DNA of 64,000 nucleotides from assembly GCA_964016885.1 (NCBI GenBank), contig OZ024740.1, positions 131,130,001 through 131,194,000 on the forward strand. Direction: 5' to 3'. Shown in pieces: positions 58,590-64,000 of this stretch; the first letter of the stretch is position 1, and each line of letters opens with the position of its first letter. The position numbers were made by a program, and so were the translations under genes. Source of the stretch: Eledone cirrhosa. Its lineage: Eukaryota. Below the pieces are notes generated by a model that made no database searches, had not been told where the DNA came from, and saw only the letters and a program-made list of their open reading frames with translations.

Positions 58590-61340
58590 GAATTAATAAC
58601 AGAACCCAATCACTGTTTGGTTTCTTTTCGCTTCTGTATATTTCATATCAGTTAATTTATTCGGTCCTCAATGTTTACCATTGACTGACCAATGGTCAAA
58701 TAATACAGATATAATATAGACACAAACACATATATATAGTTTTAAAATGTTCTTTCGTTGCACATCTGCAACATCGTCAGTGGTGCTATTATGTTCCTCC
58801 TGTTGTATTGTATATCTACGCCATCTTTCTTTAATCGGTTTATTTATTTATTTATGTATATTTCTCTTAGGTCAGTATTGCTTGTTTGGGTGTTATTGTT
58901 ATTCCATTCATGTTTTACTGTTTATCTTCAGCCTTCTAAGTTTGATTTCACTTGCGTCTCTGATTTGCCTATCTGCTGGGTCATTTCTATGTATAGATAT
59001 TATTTTAATTTCTATGTTGTCTATGTCACCGTCATGTTGTTGTCTAGCGTGTTCGTATGATAGTGAACCGTTTTTTCGTCCTTTCAGTCCCCCCCCCCCC
59101 CTCAGTGTTGGTCTATCCTTTCACCTATGCTACGATCTGTCTCGCCTATGTATGTTGTTGTCATGTTTCTGCAAGTATCCTCTGTACATATTATACCATA
59201 GACCACGTTTACAGTTTATCCGGGGGTTTATTTTTTATATATAATACATTTTCTTTTAATATAGTGGGTTTTCTTAAAAGGGTAGGTTTTGCTGATCAGG
59301 GTTTTTATGGCAGTTCCTGGCTTTTCTACCACCTTAAATTTTAAGTGGGTCTTTTTCAGGGCATTTCTACATTGGTTAGCTAATTTCCCTCCAGGGGTAG
59401 CGTCCACGAACATGAAACTCTGGTATCTCTGTTTGTCGTACCATGAGGTTCTTTCCCTATCTTATGTTTAGTCCTATCTAAGCTAGTCCATAATTTGCTC
59501 CTGTATAATGGGAACATCCCTTTCATGTCCAGTTCTTAGAGGGTCTTATACTTCTCCGTGGCTCCTTCGTATACTCTGATTTTGCTTCTGTCTCTTTGGT
59601 TGGAGCCATAGAACTGCATGAGGTTGATGAATTGTTGGATGTGTCTTTTCATTTCTGCTGGGTCGCACATGCGAGACACGTTCTTCATCACTCGTACCAA
59701 GTGTGCGATCAGAATATTAAACTTAGCACTACTGGACATTGCTGAGTTTTTGATTATCAGGTATTTGGAAAACATGGGTTTTGCGTAGTATGAGTGGAGA
59801 ATTTGAGCCGTCTCGTCTACAGTGTTAATCCAGAGTTCCGTGTCTAATACAGGTAGTCTAATATTAGGATGTTTGGAAGAGTGGTCGATAGTTACAATTA
59901 TACTCTGGTGTATGGAATTAGCCATCTGCTGGATGCTTTCCATTGTGCTACATTGTAAATCATACTTGATAGTACTCTCTTGTGGGGGTGTCCTTATTAC
60001 TATATTGATGTCGTCTACGTAACGGAAGTACTTTATGAGGTCTATGGAGCTCTCATATAGGAGATCTTTGAGTCACCTTTATATACCTTAAATACCATAA
60101 AAGTTTGTCAACGTCACCAGCTATGCTGATGCCAATTGTTGCTCTCTCATTTTGGATGTAGATCTTCTCGTTGAATTTGAATATGTGTTCTTTTAAGGTA
60201 GTTTAATACTAGCCCTTGCTGCCTGTGCGACCATTTTTATTACCTTATCGTTGTTTTGGGGTGTCCGTATGGCTTTGGTCCTCCCAATCCACCTTCCCAT
60301 GGGAGTATTTTATGCCATTGACGTTATGGTGGGGGTCCACCTCTTATGGGTCTACTGGGGCAGAAATGGCTAAGGTCATGACTGTCTATTTAGGCAGTGT
60401 CATATGTAAGTCTAAGTAGGAAGCCGGTTCGTCTGAGTCGCGTCGCAGAACTTCACCTCACTCTCACTGATCATATCCATACATTTTCGTACGCCAAAAT
60501 CAATGTTAATGGCTGGGTATAGTGATACCACGCCCATACTACCTATTATGAGAGTTAGATGGGTTTTTGGTTTTGTTGCTTTCATTGATTCTGTTGAGAA
60601 AGTCCACTGTACTGTCACATACATCTGGGGACATCTTCATTATGGGGCGTATAACCATTGAGAGCAAGTAGGAGATCCTGTATTTGCTAGCGATAATGGC
60701 TTCGCGTACAGGTCTTGTTGGTGGTACTGTTGTCGGGTCGTCGACTGTCTTATGGTCTTTGCGTAGCTCATAGAAGGGTCGTATGTCATTGTTAGACGCC
60801 TGGAAGTTGTTGGCAGTGCGTCTTCTTGGCTTTAGGATGTCGGTCCACATAATCATGTGAGCGTGGAGGATCTTCTCTCTCCCCTCGTGTATTTGCTGTA
60901 TAATTCGTTCATGTTGGTGATGTTGGATTGCATAGCCTTGATATCGTTCGGCATGCTGTCTATTGACATCCTACCAGACTTATCCGTGAGTAGACATACT
61001 ACCTCACCATCCCCTGTGTGCTGCTTGAGGCTAACTAAGCCTTCTACAGGTTTCCTTCCAAGTTGTTCGACCTCTGGTCTGCTTTGTCACTTAGTATGTC
61101 GGTCTACTGTATATATAATTTTGTTCCTAGCTATGCTGAACTGTGCCTCTGTCTTGTCATCTATTTGTTGTTGTATACACAGTCTGTTATTAAAGGGTAA
61201 CCTTGTAGGATAAATATTACTCACCTGATATGATTTGTCAGCTGGATTGAAGAAGACTTTCTCTAAGGGGTTTTCATTATGTCTATCGTCATAGTTGTGT
61301 GTGTTGAGATGGAGGGTTTGTGGTTTTTCGGGTTACACAA
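58590..61340 (-). mobile_element. Decayed PLE of a third lineage (YVDD type) with GIY-YIG
   Basis: Peptides DKSGR, RPFYELRKDHK..PPTRPV, VVSLYPAI, RYVDDI, LPVLDTELW, FVDATPGGKLA and NVVYGIIC...TYIGETDRSIGER. Confidence 0.88.
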
Positions 61341-61409
61341 TTCTTATTATATTTGCCTTCAACGAAAATGTGTGTGTGTGTGGGGGGGGGGGGGGGGGGT
61401 CTCAGGTTG

Positions 61410-64000
61410 TTTTTTCATATATGAGTGAAGTTTGGTTGGTTGAAGCAGTCACGTGAATAAGCACAGCAGCTTTCGCGCCAGTTTGTGTTTGAATTTTATT
61501 TTAAAAAGTTGGCCGGCGAAGGCTTTTTTTATAAATGTAATTTGATTGGTTATAAATTAAATTATGACTGTCACGTGAACAAGTACATTAAATTTCGCGC
61601 CCGTATTTTCGAATTTTTTTATAGCCATTTATAGAATTGTGTGCCAAACATATAAAATAGAAGTAACATTCAAACACCAACGAAAAGTGAGAAAATCCAC
61701 AAATCATCCATCTCAATTCTACTTTTGAAGAGCAGAAGAACTGCGAAACCGGTAACGCAACCAAATAAATATATATTTAAGAAAAAAGACTCCAGTTGTT
61801 TTCGATTTCATGTGTTTTCCTTATATTTTAGTCGTGTAGGACACCTCGGTTATTTTTTATCTTGTAAAAAAACCTCACTTTCTAATACATACCACCGCAC
61901 GAAGAGCGAAAGTTCCACCAAAGTCTCAACAAAACGACAACTAACTGAACCAGTACATCTTAAATGAACTCAAAGAGATTTCCTCCAAACTTTCAATTTT
62001 GACCAACAAAGTGGACCAAATGCATATCTATAAAAAAGGACCCCATGAAGAAACAGAACATACCCAAGAGTCCAATATTACTCCAGCATTAACTAAACTA
62101 AACAGCAATGCTCCAAAAGCTGGAACAACCATTAGAACCCAATCTACGAGATGTCCACTCAGTGAAAAACACGCTAATCAATATATGGACTCAAAAGCTC
62201 ACAGCCGGCAAATTCGCCTTTTGGAATCTCCTAAAAAATAATGGCAAGGCAGACATATATGAAAAGTTACTAAACTCTAGCCGAATCATCCTCCACAAAA
62301 AGCTCCAAATAAAACCCAACGCGAATGAAACCAACAAAAACTTAGGGAAAATCTGGCGTTAGAAAAGTTTAAAATAGATATAGAACTGTTGCCGTTAAGA
62401 GCCAACTCCAACGAAGAAAAATTCATGTCACTCGACAAACAGATGGAAACAGAAATCTCTAGGCAATCTGAAGGTCTACTCTATGACAAAAACCTTAAAA
62501 CTTTGGAACGAAAAGTGTTAGGCTGAAGACTAACATCCCTCCAGCGATGGGAAAAAAAGACATCTGGTTCAAAAACTGCGAAATGGATTTCAAAAATGAA
62601 CAACATACAGGTAACCCATTTTTAAAACAATCTAACACTCACACACCACACTCACAATAAATAACAACAAAAAGTAACAAAACGTCCAACATACCCCCAG
62701 CAAAACTATGGCGACAATCCCAGATCTCATAGACAAAACTATAACCCTACTAAAAAAACCGAATGTCCTCCAATTTAAGACAGGACCCGATCCGCCGATC
62801 ATAACCCACCAGAGGAACCAAATCTACAATCGGACCATCCACACACCGAACCGCAATACGTCCGAAACTTCTATACAAGACCACACAACAACAGGGTAAA
62901 TGCCATTAGATATAATAATACCCATGAAAAATCAATTCAGCAAGTTCATTTTTTAGACCAAGGCTACAGGACCCACGACAGCAGGTGGCACAAAACAATT
63001 TTGAAAAGCCAAAAATAATCAACCTTTCAAATAAAAACTTCTCAGCCCAACAAATGAAAATTATCTCCAAAGGACTGAAATTCACACCAACACCACAATA
63101 TTCTAATCTCAATGAGGTAACTGACGATATCTCACACTTCTGTAGAAAATTACGTCTCACAGAGTAATCTTTTGACAATGATAATATCGACCAACATCAA
63201 ATACAAGCAGCTACAAACTAACAAAGGGTAGGAACAGCAATCTGGTCAACTTTTGTGACCACATAGCATCTTTCCCATACCATGAACTACCGCAACCTAA
63301 ACCCAAACCCAACAGAGTGGAATGGAATGGGAGACTAAAAACAATAATAACATTATAATTAAGGAAGCAGACAAGGGAAGCACTGTCGTCATTATGGATA
63401 CTGAACAATAAAAACATTCTATGTTCTCTCTCTTACAAGATACTAACTACTATGAAAGAGTAAAAATCTACCAGCCATCAAAAACGATGACCAGATAAAA
63501 CACATTTATTTGTCGACACCACTTGTCGACACCACTTAAGTAAAAAGGAACGTGATTATTTAACACATTTTGAATAGCAAACCATCAACCTCACCGGACT
63601 TCCGAAGATCCACAAGTGTAAAATGATTAACGTACCGCCTGTAAACAATACACCTCACACTGCGTGAACATACAATACCCCACAGACCTTAAATTAAGAC
63701 CAATTGTAGCGGGCCCACAATGTGAAACACACAGACTAAGCAACTTTATAGACATACTACTAAAACTTATTCTCAAACACATACTCAGTCTTGTAAGAGA
63801 CGATCTGGACCTCTTAAACCACCTCCACAAACATGTCAACAACTACACTATTATTGGGTCTTTTAATGTAGTGAATCTCTACACAACGATCCCACACCAA
63901 TACGGACTATTAGCAATAGGATTCTGGATAGAGAAATATGCCAATAAGATACCTGACAAAATAGGAAAAAGCTTCATTACCGAGGTATTTAAAATTTATT
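61410..64000 (+). mobile_element. 5' part of a decayed PLE (same family as 52310-54800), running off the window end
   Basis: Peptides KIINLSNK..ISKGLKFTPTP..FCRKLRLTE, IKEADKG, LKLRPIVAGPQCETHRLSNF and VVNLYTTIPH. Confidence 0.88.
61430..61615 (+). promoter_or_regulatory. Duplicated E-box / E2F / CHR-like / CCAAT module at the PLE 5' end
   Basis: CACGTG at 61450 and 61572, TTTCGCGC at 61471 and 61593, TTTGAA at 61488, ATTGG at 61545. Confidence 0.35.

Overview
AT-rich, microsatellite-dense eukaryotic non-coding DNA. The SINE family and repeat landscape suggest an octopod cephalopod (inference from memory of the repeats, not verified). No intact host gene is evident, apart from one candidate 69-nt exon on the minus strand. 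Much of the window is retroelement-derived: at least six decayed Penelope-like elements (PLEs; RT plus GIY-YIG) from about three lineages, two RTE-clade LINEs, two L1/Tx1-like remnants, a CRE-like 3' end, eight copies of a tRNA-derived SINE (several with TSDs) and faint Tc1/mariner relics. The most striking signal, found by reading the sequence, is a set of type I hammerhead ribozyme (HHR) motifs from several unrelated families (8 with intact cores, about 9 decayed). Most sit in small non-coding tandem or fold-back elements inserted in (TA)n tracts. The best case is a near-identical 466-bp tandem/inverted repeat (56484-57901) with a perfect HHR in each unit, a candidate young retrozyme able to release a 466-nt circularisable RNA. 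A 541-bp repeat with the same architecture (15573-17090) has no recognisable HHR.
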